NCBI RefSeq assembly: GCF_001194135.2 | Contig: NC_068983.1 | Span: 150,252,560 to 150,288,589 of the forward strand | Reading direction: 5' to 3' | Length of the DNA stretch: 36,030 bases | DNA from: Octopus bimaculoides | Taxonomy: Eukaryota | Shown: positions 35,216-36,030 of the stretch, one piece after another | Layout of the letters: each line of letters begins with the position of its first letter | Position numbering within the stretch: position 1 is the first letter of the stretch | Made by a program: the position numbers and the translations under genes | The notes under the pieces: generated by a model | Database searches by the model: none | What the model was told of the DNA's origin: nothing | Seen by the model: only the letters and a program-made list of their open reading frames with translations

Positions 35216-35344
35216 CCACATACCTCAGTGGTTAGAGCATCAGTTTATCTTAATAATTTTGATGCAACTCTACTCTGTACTGTTCTCTCACTCCTTTCAT
35301 TTTCTCTCTCTTCGTTTCTCTAATTCTTTTTTCTCCCCTTCCCT

Positions 35345-35345
35345 G

Positions 35346-35396
<51 letters not shown>

Positions 35397-35430
35397 CCTC
35401 TCTCCCCATCTTTCTCCTTTACTCTCTCTT
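35345..35430. repeat. (CT)n microsatellite
   Basis: Direct reading of the sequence. Confidence 0.95.
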
Positions 35431-35990
35431 GTTGCTCACTCATGACCATTGTCCATCTTTCATGTCCTCACATGATCATCTTTCTTTTCTTTCAGTCTGT
35501 CTTACAGACCAAACGCATTCTTATCTGTCTCCTCTTTTATCATTTCTCTTGTCAAAGTCAATATTCCTCTAGCATTTGCTACCTTACCCCATTTGGCCTA
35601 ACAGCCCTCCATGTTTGTTTTCGTTTGGTTTGTTGTACGTCTCCACTGTCCTGTTTTTGTTACCAACTTTGATCCTCTGCAAATCCCAAATTTTATTTTG
35701 GTTTGCAGGAGCAACTGCCTTTTGAAGCCTCATATTGTCATTAATTACTCAAAATGAGGAGTAGATGGACAGCTGACAACTGCTGAAGGGTCGTTATTTA
35801 TGTTACTTGTCTTGTTTTCCATTTGTTTCTCTCGTTGTTCGCATACCCAAGTTTGTCTTCGTATTACATGTTGTTTATGTTTTGTGATGTCCTGTACCCA
35901 TATATTCATATATATATATATGCCTATGTATGTATGTCCATATATGTATGTATATATGCATATATATATATATATATATTATTATCTTAT

Positions 35991-36030
<40 letters not shown>

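Noticed and set aside
35680-35900. Segment reminiscent of a Penelope-like element end
   Set aside because: This is recall-level similarity only, with no RT or GIY-YIG motif readable; too weak to annotate.

Overview
AT-rich, repeat-laden eukaryotic genomic DNA with N-gaps at microsatellites. The repeat families resemble those I recall from coleoid cephalopods (Octopus-like); this is inference from pattern recognition, not a database hit. The only host coding sequence I can support is the first coding exon (30274-30133, minus strand) of a PP2A B56/B' regulatory subunit of the widerborst / PPP2R5A-B-E type. It ends in a phase-1 GT donor, with a probable upstream non-coding exon donor at 30578/30577. 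I found no second B56 exon, so 1-30132 is most simply a >30 kb intron. That intron holds a Helitron 3' end, mariner, hAT and piggyBac transposase relics, several MITEs, tRNA-type SINEs and about ten RTE LINE 3' fragments in both orientations. Upstream of the gene lie R4-type and Jockey/CR1-group LINE relics. I did not find a convincing new multi-gene system. The best leads are a candidate 28-nt alternative-start or poison microexon, long intronic fold-backs that could be ADAR substrates, a 170-bp templated insertion with a repair signature, a 59-codon hydrophobic micro-ORF missed by the ORF track, and a CpG boundary about 6 kb into the gene. Most entries in the ORF track are microsatellite, gap or TE artefacts.
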